Shown here piece by piece: positions 38,874 through 50,800 of a stretch of DNA of 64,000 nt. The notes below the pieces were generated by a model. The model made no database searches, had not been told where the DNA came from, and was given only the letters and a program-made list of their open reading frames with translations. The translations under genes and the position numbers were made by a program. This DNA is from an uncultured Pseudomonadota bacterium (GTDB lineage: Bacteria; Myxococcota_A; Polyangia; Fen-1088): positions 227,902 through 291,901 of the forward strand of contig CAWKBC010000034.1 in the NCBI GenBank assembly GCA_963847705.1. The letters run 5' to 3'. Within the stretch, counting starts at the first letter, position 1. Each line of letters opens with the position of its first letter.

Positions 38874-39770
38874 ATGAGCGTGCAGAGCGCTACCGATCCG
38901 ACGACGCCCATCGCCCTGGTCATTGAAGCGCGCCCACGCGATCTGGGCGGGTTCGGCGTGCGCCGCGCGCTCCCCTCGGGGGGGCGCCGGATGGTCGGCC
39001 CGTTCATCTTCTTCGACCACATCGGGCCGAGCGAGATGCCGCCCGGCCACGGCATCGACGTCCGCCCGCACCCGCACATCGCGCTGGCGACGGTGACCTA
39101 CCTGTTCGCCGGCGAGATGGACCACCGCGACAGCCTCGGGTCGCACCAGACGATCAAGCCGGGCGACGTGAACTGGATGCTGGCCGGCCGCGGGATCGTC
39201 CACTCGGAGCGGACCGGCCCCCAGGCGCGCCGGAGCGGTGGGCCGCTGCACGGGATCCAGTCGTGGGTCGCGCTGCCGACGGCCGACGAAGAGAACGCGC
39301 CCCGCTTCGATCACCATCCGGCGGCGACGATCCCACACCTCACGCGGCCGGGCGCCTCGCTACAGATCGTGGCCGGCACCGCCTACGGCGCGCGCTCTCC
39401 GGTGGGCGTCTGCTCGCCGACCCTCTATGTGGCGGCGACGCTGGAGGCGGAGGCGACGCTGCCGCTGCCCGAGGAGCACCCCGAGCGCGCCATCTACGTC
39501 GTCGAGGGGGAGGTGAGCGTGGGCGGCCGGCGGCTCGCACCGGGCGCCATGGCCGTGTTTCATCCGGGCGCCGCCGAGGTGCGCGCGCTCGTCCCCAGCC
39601 GCTTCGTCCTCATCGGCGGCGCGCCGGTCGACGGCGAGCGGCACATCTGGTGGAACTTCGTCGCCAGCTCGCCCGAGCGGATCGAGCGCGCCAAGACCGA
39701 CTGGAAAGAGGGGCGTTTCGCCGTCGTCCCCGGCGACGAACGCGAATTCATCCCCCTGCCCGAAGGTTGA
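38874..39770 (+). CDS. Pirin family protein
   Basis: VRRALP, GPFIFFDH, PHPHI...TVTY, HRDS.G, M.AG.GI.HSE and Q.WVALP; GGAGGT RBS. Confidence 0.93.
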   Translation: MSVQSATDPTTPIALVIEARPRDLGGFGVRRALPSGGRRMVGPFIFFDHIGPSEMPPGHGIDVRPHPHIALATVTYLFAGEMDHRDSLGSHQTIKPGDVNWMLAGRGIVHSERTGPQARRSGGPLHGIQSWVALPTADEENAPRFDHHPAATIPHLTRPGASLQIVAGTAYGARSPVGVCSPTLYVAATLEAEATLPLPEEHPERAIYVVEGEVSVGGRRLAPGAMAVFHPGAAEVRALVPSRFVLIGGAPVDGERHIWWNFVASSPERIERAKTDWKEGRFAVVPGDEREFIPLPEG

Positions 39771-39817
39771 GCCGGGCCGCCGTTCCCCAACGGCCCCCGA
39801 CGACGCACATTTTCAGT

Positions 39818-40501
39818 ATGAGAAGGATCCTGACCGTCATTGGCGCGGGCGTGCTGGCGAGCACGCTCGTCCTGGCCGGTTCTGCGCGCGCCCAAGCACA
39901 GTCGACCACCTCGACCACGGCCCCGGCGACACCGCCGGCCAGCAATCTGGGGACCACGACCGGGCCACCCCCGGGAGCAGGCCCCGGCGGTTACACCGGA
40001 GGTGGCCTCGGCTCGAGCAGTTTCTACATGGGAACCTCGACGCCGACGCCCGGCGCGACAGCGACGGCGGGCAGCTCGACGACCGGCGCGTCCGCCACCT
40101 CGGCGACCTCGAGCATCCTTGGTGCGCCCACCACCGCAACCTCGGACATCCTCACGCCGACGGGAACGGCGCCCGCGACCTCGTTGTCGCCTCCCGCGAC
40201 GCCAACCGGAACCGCGCCCGCTTCTTCGACGAGCGTCGTCGCCACGGTCGTCGCGGCGCCCGCCACTTCGGCGACCGCGCCCGCACCCACGACTCCGATC
40301 ACCGTCGGCCCCAACGCGGCGAGCCCGGGTGTCTCGGCGCTGGGCGAGTCACTCTCTTCAGCCGGCACCGCCGTGACCCCATCGCTGCTGTCGACGCCGA
40401 CGACCTCGCCGGCGCCCACAGCCGGCGGCGCCGCGGCGAGCGGGGCGGTTGGAACCGCCCCCGCCGCGACGCCTTCACTCTACCCGTACCTGAATGACTG
40501 A
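39818..40501 (+). CDS. Secreted low-complexity Thr/Ala/Pro/Ser-rich protein
   Basis: Signal peptide MRRILTVIGAGVLASTLVLAGSARA; the remainder is low complexity and ends LYPYLND. Confidence 0.7.
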   Translation: MRRILTVIGAGVLASTLVLAGSARAQAQSTTSTTAPATPPASNLGTTTGPPPGAGPGGYTGGGLGSSSFYMGTSTPTPGATATAGSSTTGASATSATSSILGAPTTATSDILTPTGTAPATSLSPPATPTGTAPASSTSVVATVVAAPATSATAPAPTTPITVGPNAASPGVSALGESLSSAGTAVTPSLLSTPTTSPAPTAGGAAASGAVGTAPAATPSLYPYLND

Positions 40502-40523
40502 CCGCCGCCCCACCTGGGCGTGG

Positions 40524-41036
40524 TCAATGCGTGGTGCTGCCTCCGTAGCTCGGCACCGACGTCGAGCTGGGCGCGCTGGGCGTGGTGCTCGGGCTGCCCG
40601 GGGTCGTGGCCGTGCTCGGGCTGCCCAGCGTCGGCGAGCTCAGACCGCCCCCCAGGCTCGGGCCCGACGAACCAGGCGCCGACCCCGTCGACGGAGCCGG
40701 TGTCCCGGTCGTCGACGTGGGAGAGCTTCCACTCGACGACGGCACGGCGCCGGCGCCGCTACTCGAGCCGTAGTCGGGCACCCCCTGGTTCGTGCCGGTC
40801 GTGCCGGTGGTTCCGCTCGGGCTGCTGATCCCGCTCGACCCGGTGCCAGGCGTACTCACGCCGCTCGGGGCGCCCATCGTTCCGCTGTTCGTGCTCGTGC
40901 CCTGCGCGACCACCCGCCAGCCCCCGAACGGCTTGCCGGTCGCGACCGGAGCTCCAGCGACGCGCGTCTCGACCGCAGGCGGCGGCGCGGCCGCCGCAGT
41001 CTGTACTCCCATGTCCCCTGCAAGAATGAACGCCAT
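40524..41036 (-). CDS. Low-complexity Ser/Thr/Gly/Pro-rich protein
   Basis: AGGAGG RBS 7 nt before ATG; GC3-biased codons in this frame. Confidence 0.6.
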   Translation of the reverse strand: MAFILAGDMGVQTAAAAPPPAVETRVAGAPVATGKPFGGWRVVAQGTSTNSGTMGAPSGVSTPGTGSSGISSPSGTTGTTGTNQGVPDYGSSSGAGAVPSSSGSSPTSTTGTPAPSTGSAPGSSGPSLGGGLSSPTLGSPSTATTPGSPSTTPSAPSSTSVPSYGGSTTH

Positions 41037-41110
41037 GTCTATGCCTCCTGCGGAGGAATCTGAGACCCGTTCGCCTCATGGCCAGCCCTGGACCGATATA
41101 CTGATCGCCC

Positions 41111-41794
41111 ATGCTTCAGCTCCACCTCGAGCTTCTGGTGCGCATTCTCGTGGGTACCTTGCTGGGCGGGGCGATCGGGTACGAGCGCGATCTGCACGGC
41201 CGACCGGCCGGGCTGCGCACGCACGCCATCGTGGCGCTGGCCTCCGCGACCTTCATGGTCGTGTCGACGCGGTTCGTTTACTTTCAGCACTACGCGAAGG
41301 ACGATCTGGTCGCGATCGATCCGTCGCGCATCGCCGCCTCGGTGGTCTCGGGGATCGGGTTCCTCGGCGCGGGCGCGATCCTCCGCGACGGCATCACCAT
41401 CCGGGGCCTCACCACCGCCGCGGGGCTCTGGCTGGTCGCCGCCATCGGCATGGCCTCGGGCGGTGGGATGTACGTCGAGAGCGTGTTCGCCACGGTCGTC
41501 GGCCTGGCCGCCCTGACGCTGCTTCGTCGCTTCGAAGATCGCGGCCTGAAGATCACGCGGCGGCGCCTCTCGCTGGCGATCGACCCGTCACGGGTGTCGA
41601 TGCCAGCGATCGTCGATCGCCTCGCCAAGCTGGGCGCGACGCTCAAGCAGGAGGAGTACGAACGGCAGGCGGGCGTCGGGCAGACCATCGCGACGTTCGA
41701 GCTGCGGCTGCCCGAGGCGTTCGACCTGCAGAGGCTGGTCGACGCGCTCGAGCACGACGAGGCCATCCGAAGCGTGCGGATCCAGCAGCTCTAG
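41111..41794 (+). CDS. MgtC/SapB family protein
   Basis: GG.IG.ER, AGLRTH, DPSRIAA.VVSGIGFLGAG.I and GLTTAA.LW; ACT-like C-terminus. Confidence 0.93.
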   Translation: MLQLHLELLVRILVGTLLGGAIGYERDLHGRPAGLRTHAIVALASATFMVVSTRFVYFQHYAKDDLVAIDPSRIAASVVSGIGFLGAGAILRDGITIRGLTTAAGLWLVAAIGMASGGGMYVESVFATVVGLAALTLLRRFEDRGLKITRRRLSLAIDPSRVSMPAIVDRLAKLGATLKQEEYERQAGVGQTIATFELRLPEAFDLQRLVDALEHDEAIRSVRIQQL

Positions 41795-41992
41795 CTATTC
41801 GATCTCGATCACGCCTGGGCAGCGCCAGTGGCCGGGGTGCCAGCGCCCGCGCGGGCCATAGTGTCCCTCGACCCAGTAGCCTCCCGGACAGTGGCCCGGG
41901 CCCGGGGCCACGTAGCAGCCCGCCCCGACCGTCCCCAGAGCGAACACCAGCGCAAAGACCGCGAACACCCGTCGCATCGCAACCTTGACCAT
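41795..41992 (-). CDS. Small lipoprotein with WxxGxW (YXWGXW-type) repeats
   Basis: Lipobox GAGC; YWVEGHY and RWHPGHW; GAGAGGGG RBS. Confidence 0.75.
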   Translation of the reverse strand: MVKVAMRRVFAVFALVFALGTVGAGCYVAPGPGHCPGGYWVEGHYGPRGRWHPGHWRCPGVIEIE

Positions 41993-42072
41993 GGACCCCC
42001 TCTCGCCTCACTGAGGCGATCACCTACAAGGTAACGCCGACCTCGCAGATTGGGAAATGACGCCGCTCACAT

Positions 42073-45000
42073 TCACTTGGTGAGCTGGCACCCCCGCAGG
42101 TCGCTGTCGTCGAACCAATCCGCGAGCGCGAGGGCGGTGCGCGCGTAGGCCCCGTCGCCGCGCAGGCGGCCGGTCCACCTGGCGCCGCGGCTGGTGGCCA
42201 GGAGGTGACACTGAAAATCGACGGTCACGTCGGGGAGCACCGGCACCGCGACGCTGAGCCCTTTGTTCGACCCGCGCAGCTCGAGATTCGAGCGTCAGGT
42301 GGGGCGGCAGCGCCTGGTACCACGGTCCGGAGGCGCGCGGCTTGGTCGACGAAGCGCTCGGCGGCGCCTTCTTCTTCGATTTGCCTCGCAACGAATCGTA
42401 GGACCCACCCGCCACCGCCACCAGGCCGGAGACCGTGAGCTCGCTGCGCCCGTCGCCGGTGAGGCGGAGGTCGGTGTCGAGATCGGGAATGTAGAGCGAC
42501 GAGGTCGGCTGACCAATCTTGAGGTCGCTGCCCGCGAAGGGAACGTCGACCCTCCCCAGGCGAAACGGCGAAAGTGACGCCAGCTGGGCCGACGCGGGTC
42601 TCCCCGGCACTCCAATGGCGACCGAACCGACGGTGCCAATCTCCACCTGCAGCCCCTGCGTGCTCAGCGTCTCTCCATGCGCCTCGACGAGGCCGCTGGC
42701 CCGCGCGGTGGGCGTCGTCGGTGAGAGCTGCACGGAGAGGCCATCGAGCTGGGCGTGGCCGTCGATCCGCGGGCCGGGCGCGGCGCCCAGCGTGCCGCCG
42801 ATCTGGGCGTCGATCGTCGCCCGCCCCCCCACCGAGACGCCGGCCGGGAGGCGCACCGGGAAGTGCGCGGCGTCGAGCTCCGCCTGGAGCGCGAGGGCCA
42901 GCCGCGTTCGTTCGAGATCGTGGCGATCGAGCGTGGCGTGCCCGGCGACGCTGCCGCGCAGACCGGGCGTGGTGACGGAGAAACCCTCGAGCGCGAGCGC
43001 CTCGCCGTCGAGCGCGAGCCGTCCACCGCCATCGACGGTGAAGGGAGCCGGCCAGCCTGCCGAGCGCAGCACCAGCGCGCGCCCGATGCGCACGTTGCCG
43101 GAGAGGTGCGGGTGGGCCCAGGTCAGGCTCTTGGGCGTGACCGCCGGAACGACCGTCAGGTCGAAGTCGAGCGCGCCGGTCGCGCTCTTGAAGACGCGCG
43201 ACCAGAGCTGGGGCCAGCGGGCGACGTCGATCTCCCCCTTGAGGCGCGCGCGCCCGTCGAGGCCGTGCACCTGGCCGTCGAGGGCCACGCCCGCCAGGCC
43301 GGGGCCCGTGAGCTGCACCGTCCCCTCCCCCGACAGCGCGCCGGACGGCGCGCCCGGGTGGTAGCCGATCTTGGCGTCGCCCGAGGCGAAGAGCGGCGCG
43401 CCCGAGACCGGCGGCGGAAGCCAGGGACCGAGCGCGCGCGCGCGGAGCGCGACGGTCGCGTCGATGGCCAGGGCCGGACGCCGCCGCACGTGGGCGTGAA
43501 CGGTCACGCCCGGATCGATCGTCGCGTCGGCCTCGCCACCGTCGGTGCCGAGCCGCAGCGTGGTCTCGACGTCACCGACCGGCCGCTGGTCGAACGCCAG
43601 CGCCGTGACGCCGACCTGCCCCTTCAAGGTCGGCCGCTCGAGCGCCCCGCCGAGCGCCAGGTCGGCATGCAGCGCGCCGGTCAGCTTGCTCTCCCCCAGG
43701 TCGACCCCCGGGATCTCACCGACCGGGTAGTCCGCCACGCTCAGGCTGGCGGCAATCTTCCCATCGTCGCCGAGGCGGCCACCGAGGCCGATCGTCCCGC
43801 CGCCGACGCGCCGCAGTTGAATGCGCGGCACGCTGAGCCCGGCATCGCTGGTCCAGAGCGCGTCGACCTTGCGCGGGAGCAGAAAGCGTTGTCCGAGCAC
43901 GCCGATGGCCGTGGGCGGCGGAAAGGCCAGCCCCAGCTCGACCCGCTCGATCGTGCCCAGCGCGCGCGCCGACAGCCGGAGCGGCCCGGTCACCGCGCCC
44001 CCGGGAATCCAGTCCTCCAGCGCCGCGACCGACAGCGTGCCGCGCGCGTCGACCTCGGAGCGCGCGCGCCTGGGCGCCGCCGGACCGGTCTTGGTCCGCC
44101 CGTGCGCCGGCGTCGCGAACGCCACCCGCGCGTCGACCCGCGCCCTCAGGCCCGTCCAGTCGACCCGCAGATCGGCGAGCCGCAGGATCGCGTCGGCCAG
44201 CTGGATGCTGGTGACGGTGGCGTAGAGCGTGTCGGTGACCCCCTCGCCCCTCCAGCCCTTTCCGATGCGGAGCTCGAAGTGCCGGGGACCGGAGGGCGCC
44301 CGACGCCGATCGAGGCGCAGCTCGGCGTCGGGAATCGCCGCCTCGATTCCCGCCAGGGTCGGCCAGAGGCGCGCGGTGGCGTGGAAGTGCCCGTGCAGGA
44401 GGCCGCCCAGGAGCGGCCGCAGCGCCGGATCGAGCATCCATCCGGTCTCCACGCCGGCGAACGCCAGCGACAGATCGGCGGCGCCATGCGCGACCTTGGC
44501 CGTGAGGCGGGTGCCCCCTCCTTCCACCTGCAGCGACCCGGCCAGCCCGTTGAACGGGCCATTGATCGTGGCGCGCAGATCCCCGTCGAGGTGCTTGGCC
44601 AAGGCCCCTTCCGGACGCCAGCTGGCGTCGAGCCCGGAGAGCGCGCCGCCGAAGTTGGCCCAGCGCGCGTCGACCTCCAGCCCGGGCAGACCGGGCGGCG
44701 GCCTGTTCGGCCCGAGCGGAAAGATGTTTCGAAACGCGGCGTACCCGGAGAGCCGCGCCCGTCCCGTCTCCGCCCCGGCGACCTCCAGCCGCAGATCGCT
44801 CGGCGCGGCGGGGGTGACGCCGACGTCGGTGATGGCCACCGCCTCGAACGGCACGCGCGCCGTCCAGGCCCCGCCGGGGCGCCCAATCCGCAGCGCGCCC
44901 CCGGAGGCGATCGCGTCGTGCGCCTCGAACTGCAGCGGCGGCCCGTCGCCGCCGACCGCCAGCATCCCGCCGGCGTTCACCCGCGCGAGCTCCAGCTCCC

Positions 45001-45568
45001 AGTCGGGGAAGGCGAGATCGACGTCGACATCCTCGAGCTCGACGTCGCGAATGACGAACGCTCCCGAAGGTCCGCCCCGGCTGGGGGCCTTCTTGGACGT
45101 TCGCTTGGCGTGCGGATCGAGGCAGCCGGCGCGCCCCTGGTCGGGCACGGCCAGGAACGCGTCGAACGAGCCGACCGCGTTGTCGGGCAGCGCCAGTCGC
45201 CAGCCGCCGCGCACCATCAGCACGTGGGAGAGGACCACCCGAGGCGGCTTCATGCCGACCTCCAGCGTCGCCTCCAGGCGCGCCGCCGAGAACACCACCT
45301 TTCCGTCGGCGCCGGTGATCCGCACGTTCTCGATCGCCAGCTCCGTGGGGGAGCCGAGCAGCAGCCGCCAGACGGCGGCCCACCCCAGATGCCCGCCCGA
45401 GATCTCGAACTTGCCGCAGAGACCGGCGGTCGCCCGGGCCACCGCCCAGCGCGCCGCCGACCCCCGCACGATCAGCGGCAGGAGGGTCACCAGCAACAAC
45501 GGGGCGCCCAGCACCGTGGCCGTGATCCGGCCGATGCGACGCCGCCGCTGGCCAGACGCCTCGTTCAT
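42073..45568 (-). CDS. AsmA/TamB-like protein, apparent 1-nt frameshift near the C-terminus
   Basis: N-terminal TM and long beta-taco-like repeats (G.L.ADL.LGG.L.RP.LKG). Removing one base at 42287-42288 restores LDLELRGSNKGLSVAVPVLPDVTVD...CQLTK* with a stop at 42073-42075. Confidence 0.75.
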
Positions 45569-45659
45569 TGCACCCAGCGTATCAGCTCCGAGCCGCCGCC
45601 ACCCGTAAGGCTCCGCCGCAGCTGGCCCTTCCTGTGGTCGTGGTGCATGACCATATTCG

Positions 45660-47807
45660 GTGAAAATGATGCGGGTTCAGGCGGGCCGCCGCGGGGCCGG
45701 GCTTCGGTCCGGGCGCGCGCGTGAGCGTCTGCTCGCGTCGCTCGTGTTCGCAGGAGCGATGGTGGGGTGCGCGTCGCAGCAGAAAAAGCAGGCTCCGGTG
45801 GTGCGGGACCTGCGCATCGAGGGGAATCAGGCCATCTCCTCGCGGCAGATCCAGAAGAAGATCCTCACCGCCAAGACCGGCTGGTGGCCCTTCGCCACCA
45901 AGCAGTACTTCGATCCGGTCAGCTGGGAGGCCGACCTGCGGCGGATCGTCCGCCTCTACGAGACGCGCGGCTATTACCAGACCCGCATCGCGGAGGAGGC
46001 GGCGATCCCGCAACCCAAGGGCGTGGCGCTGGTGGTGAAGATCGACGAGGGGGCCGTGACGAAGGTGGGGACCTTCGAGGTGAGGGGCCTGGAAGCGTTG
46101 CCGGCGGCCGATCGGGAGGCCGCGCTCCTGAAGATGCCGGTCAAGGTCGGCGCGCCGTTCGAGGAGAGTGACTGGGAGTCCGCCAAGAGCGGGCTCATCC
46201 CCCGGCTGCACGCGCGCGGCTACGCCAAGGCGACCGTCGAGGGCGAGGCGCTGGTCGACGTGAAGACGCACCTGGCGGCGGTCACGATCGTCGTGCACCC
46301 GGGCGTGCGCTACCGCTTCGGGGCGATCGACGTGAAGACCGCGCCCGAGACGCACGTCCCGGCGGTGTTCGTCTGGGAACAGGCACGCCTGGCGATCCAC
46401 GAGGGCGCGCCCTACAGCGACGACGCGCTGGAGGAGGCCCAGCGTCGCATCTTCGGGATGGGGGTGTTCGGCAGCGTCACCGTGGCGGTCGGCGCGCCCG
46501 ACGAGGCGGCGGCCGTTCTGCCGGTGGTGGTGACCGTCCGGGAGGCGCCCTTCCGCACGCTCCGGCTCGGCGCCGGTGTGGTGATCGATCAGATTCATCA
46601 GGAGGCCCGGCTCATCGGAGACTGGACCCACCGCAACTTTCTGGGCGGGACCCGAAAGCTGACCATTCACGCCGAGGCTGGCTGGGCATTTCTGCCCAAT
46701 ATTTACGCCGTCGCCACCAATGACCAGTCGGTGGCGGCGCGCAGCGGGCCGGTCGCCGATCTGGGCGCCACCTTCGAGCAGCCGCGCCTCGGGGGGCATC
46801 CGTCGCTCAAGCAGCAGAGCAGCATCGACCTGTCACGAACGATCCAGGAGACCTACGACAACCTGGGCGGACGCTTGGCCGCCGGCGTCGTCTGGCAGCC
46901 GCGCGCCCGGGTGTCGATCTTCCCCGCTTACCACCTGGAGGTCGACTACCTGAACGGCTCGCCAATCAACAGCGCCGCGGCGGCGCCGCTCACCCTGGGC
47001 TGCCAGACCACCACGGGCAGCTGCGTCGTCGTTCTGTCGTACCTCGAGGAGGTGGTGACCTGGGATCACCGCGACAAGCCCCTCGAACCGCACAATGGCT
47101 TTTACGCCAGCCTGTCGCTGCAGGAGGGAGGCGGTCCGCTTCAGGGCGACTTCGGTTACTTTCGCGTGCTCCCCGATCTGCGCGCCTACGTCAGCTTCCT
47201 CGACGACAACGCGCTCACCTTCGCCGCCCGCGTGCAGGTGGGGGAGCTCTGGGCGATCTCGGGCGAGAGCGCGGTGGTGATCCGGTTCTACGGGGGCGGC
47301 GCCAATTCGATGCGCGGCTTCTCGGAGCGCCGGCTGTCGCCGCTGCTCGAGGCGCCGGTACCGAACACCAATCCGCCGGTCACCTGCTCGGGGACGTCAA
47401 TCTCCTCCACCGGGTGCGAGACGGTGCCGATCGGCGGCAACGGCATGTTCACGGGGAGCTTCGAGGCCCGTTACTCGGTGCTCGAGAACGTGCGGGTGGC
47501 CAGCTTCGTCGACGTCGGTCAGGTGACGAGCGGCCTGTTCGGCTTCGGTGACCTTCCAGGCGTGCAGTGGGCGGTCGGCCTCGGCCTGCGCTACCTCACA
47601 CCGATCGGCCCGCTCCGGCTCGATCTTGCGCGCCGACTGCCTTTCGGGACACTCCCGGCGCTCTACAGCATCAATGCCAATGGGGCCGTCAGCACCCAAA
47701 CCTATGCCGTCGACGAGAGCTGCTTCGGTCTCTTCGCCTCTCATCCGAACACGCCGGTGAGCGACGGCGCCTGCACCCTGCAGATCTCGATCGGGGAGGC
47801 CTTTTGA
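45660..47807 (+). CDS. Omp85-family TamA/BamA-like outer membrane protein
   Basis: Lipobox MVGC, three POTRA-like domains, RFYGGGANSMRGF, GLGLRYLTPIGPLRLDLA and C-terminal ISIGEAF. Confidence 0.93.
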   Translation: MKMMRVQAGRRGAGLRSGRARERLLASLVFAGAMVGCASQQKKQAPVVRDLRIEGNQAISSRQIQKKILTAKTGWWPFATKQYFDPVSWEADLRRIVRLYETRGYYQTRIAEEAAIPQPKGVALVVKIDEGAVTKVGTFEVRGLEALPAADREAALLKMPVKVGAPFEESDWESAKSGLIPRLHARGYAKATVEGEALVDVKTHLAAVTIVVHPGVRYRFGAIDVKTAPETHVPAVFVWEQARLAIHEGAPYSDDALEEAQRRIFGMGVFGSVTVAVGAPDEAAAVLPVVVTVREAPFRTLRLGAGVVIDQIHQEARLIGDWTHRNFLGGTRKLTIHAEAGWAFLPNIYAVATNDQSVAARSGPVADLGATFEQPRLGGHPSLKQQSSIDLSRTIQETYDNLGGRLAAGVVWQPRARVSIFPAYHLEVDYLNGSPINSAAAAPLTLGCQTTTGSCVVVLSYLEEVVTWDHRDKPLEPHNGFYASLSLQEGGGPLQGDFGYFRVLPDLRAYVSFLDDNALTFAARVQVGELWAISGESAVVIRFYGGGANSMRGFSERRLSPLLEAPVPNTNPPVTCSGTSISSTGCETVPIGGNGMFTGSFEARYSVLENVRVASFVDVGQVTSGLFGFGDLPGVQWAVGLGLRYLTPIGPLRLDLARRLPFGTLPALYSINANGAVSTQTYAVDESCFGLFASHPNTPVSDGACTLQISIGEAF

Positions 47808-50800
47808 GGGCCCTGCGCATCGCCGGGGTGACGATCCTGGTGGTCCTGGCGATCGCGCTGCTGGCGATCGGCGGCCTCTGGACCTTCGCCCAGACGGACC
47901 GTGGTGGGGAGACGATCCGACGGATCGCCGTGGAGAAGGCGGACGCGCAGATCGCCGGTCAGCTCTCGGTCGAACGGCTGCGGTTCGGGGGCGATCGGCT
48001 CACGCTGGACGGCGTGGTCCTGCGCGATCCCGAAGGGGCGGAGGTGGCGCGGGTCGACGGGATCGATGTGACGTTCTCGGTCTTCGCGCTGCTGCGCCGG
48101 CACGTCGACCTGCGGCGGCTGGAGATCCGGCGTCCCGAGCTGCGCCTCGTCCTCGGCGAACGCGCGTCCGACGCTTCGAACCTGGCCCGGGCACTGGCCC
48201 CGGCGCACCCCTCGAAGGCGCAACAGCCGGAGGCCTCGGCGCCGGGCACGCGCGGGTCCAACATCACCGTCGATCTGCGCGCCCTGGCGGTGAGCGGAGG
48301 GACCCTCACCGTCCGCTCCTCCGCGCCCGAGGTTCACGTCGGGGCGATCGCGCTCGAGGGCTCGGCCCACTACGACGGACCGGGGCAGAATCTGCAGACC
48401 GACCTGCGGCTGACGACGGACGCAGGGCGGGTGGATGCCCAGGGGGCGGTCGATCTCGACAAGTTGCGGGCGCCGCCGTCGGGGCTCGCCGTCCGGGTCC
48501 GCCAGCTCGACCTCGCCAAGCTGATGCGCGACACGCCGGTCACCGCCATCGACCTCGACGTCAACACGCGCGGCGAGCACCTGGATGCCGACCTCCGCGC
48601 CAACGCGCCGGGCGCCACGGTGAACGGGCACGGCGCCCTGGACGACGGTCGCGTGGAGGCGCGCGCCCGGATCGAGGCGACCGATCTGGCGGCCACGGCC
48701 CGGAGCCTGGCGCGCTGCCATCTGGCCCCGCCCATCGTCATGGCCGGCCAGGGGCGGATCGACGTGGAGCTCTCGGGGCCGCTCGCGCGCCCGTCGCTGC
48801 GGGTGGCCGGCCGGGTGCCCCAGTTGACCATCGAACACAACTCCGTCCGCGGTCTGACCGTCAGCGCGACGCTCCCGCGACTCGACGCCCCCACCGCCAT
48901 CGACCTGGATCTCAAGGCCACCTACGCCCGTCTCAGCGGCCGCGAGCTGCGCGGGCTCGACGCCACGGTGCGCGCCACCGGGCCTCTCATTCAGGCCGAC
49001 GTTCAGGTGGCGAAGCCCTACCCCCTCGCCCTCGCTGCCGTGGGGCACCGGCTCTCGCCCTGGTCGGTGGAGATCGGCGAGCTCATGCTGCGATACCCGG
49101 AGGCGACCTGGAAGCTGGCGCAGCCGACCCGGATCGCGCTTCGGGGCGAGCGCGCCTCGATCTCCGGCCTCGATCTGCGCGCCCACGGCCAGGGTGTGCG
49201 CGCCGATCTCCAGAAGGGTCCCCGCGGCGGGAAGCTTCACCTGATCGTGTCGCACCTCGACTTGGCCAAGCTCCCCCGGCCGCTGAGGTCGCCCGCGCTG
49301 GCGGCGGCGGGGGCGGTCGATCTCGATCTCGATCTGCAATTCTCTCCCGCCCGGCTGGAGGGGAGCGTCGCCGCGCGGGCGCTCGGAAACACCGTCGACG
49401 CCAAGTTCGACCTCCCCGCCTCCTGGCCGCCCACGCGCAGCCTGAAAGAGAAAGATGCGCGCTTGAAGCTGGACCTGACCACCAGCGAGATCGACCTGGC
49501 GGCCGTGGCCCGCACGGTGGCCGGCGTGACCGGTCAGCGCTCGTCGCTCGACCCACACGGAAGAATCCAGCTGTCGGCGACGGTCGACGGAGACGCGGCC
49601 CGCCCCCGGGTCGACCTGGAGCTCAAGGGACGTTCCCTCCAGCTCGCCGGACGCGCGTTGGGTGAGCTGGACGTCGCGCTCCATGGAAATGACGATCGGC
49701 CCCTCACCCTGGCGGTGCACGCCGCGCCCCCCGGGGTCCCACCCGCCGAGCTCCAGGCCACCACGCCGCTGTCGCTGCGGGCCCTGCTTCGCCGCCCCCC
49801 CAGCGTCGCGACGCTGGCGCGGACGCCGTTCGAGATCAACGGCCACGTCGCGAAGGTTCCCCTCACGACGCTGGGGAAGATGGTCGGACACCCGGTGTTC
49901 AGCGGCGGCACAATCTCGCTGCAGCTCGCCGCCCGCGGCAGCGCCACCGATCCAACCGGGACGCTGGGGATCGATCTGGCCGGCGCCAGCGGGAGGCGTT
50001 TCCCCGCCACGGACGCGCGAATCGAGCTGAAGGTCGATCGGAAGAGCACGGAGGCCAACGTCCGCGTGGTGCGCCTCGGACACCCGCTGCTGGCGCTGGA
50101 GACGCGCTTCGGCGCCGGGCTGGCGGCGCTCGAGGATCAGAGTCGGCTCGCCGACGCGCCGCTCAGCCTGCGGGCGGTGGTCGGTCCGCTGGAGATGAAG
50201 CGGCTCGGTCTGCCGGGCGATCCCAGCGTCAGCGCGCGAAAAGACGCGATGCACGGGACCCTGCACGCCGATCTCTCCGTCGACGGCACCTTGCGGGCGC
50301 CGCGCCTCCAGGCCCACGTGCAGGCCAGCGACCTCAAGCTCGATCAGACACCGATCGGCTACGCCGAGCTGGAAGCCCACTACGCCGACAGCAAGTCACG
50401 CGTCACCGCGCGGGCCGTCTCGGCCAACGGCGGTCAGGCGACGCTGGAGGCCTCCGCGACCGTCGACCTCGGGCTGCCGGCGATCCTGGCGCGTCGCCTC
50501 GAGCCAGAGCAGTGGCCGTTCGACCTGCGGCTGCAGGCGCAGAAGCTCGACCTGCGGGGGCTCTCCGGTCTGACCACCACCCTGCGGCGCGCCGGCGGCC
50601 TGTTCGACGCCGACCTGACCGCGCACGGCAACATCCACGACCCCAGGTTCACCGGCCACGCCGCCTGCAATCGCTGCGCGCTGGAGCTGGCCGGGGTGGG
50701 CGATTTCCGCGAGATCCACCTGGCGATTCACGGCGACACCGACAAGATCGTCCTCGACGAGCTCTCGGCCAAGGAGAGCGACGGGGACGGCCGCATCACC

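Noticed and set aside
41036-41080. Frameshifted signal peptide (MRRTGLRFL...) for the 40524-41036 ORF
   Set aside because: The joined peptide has Asp residues in the would-be hydrophobic core, and ATG 41036 has its own AGGAGG RBS.
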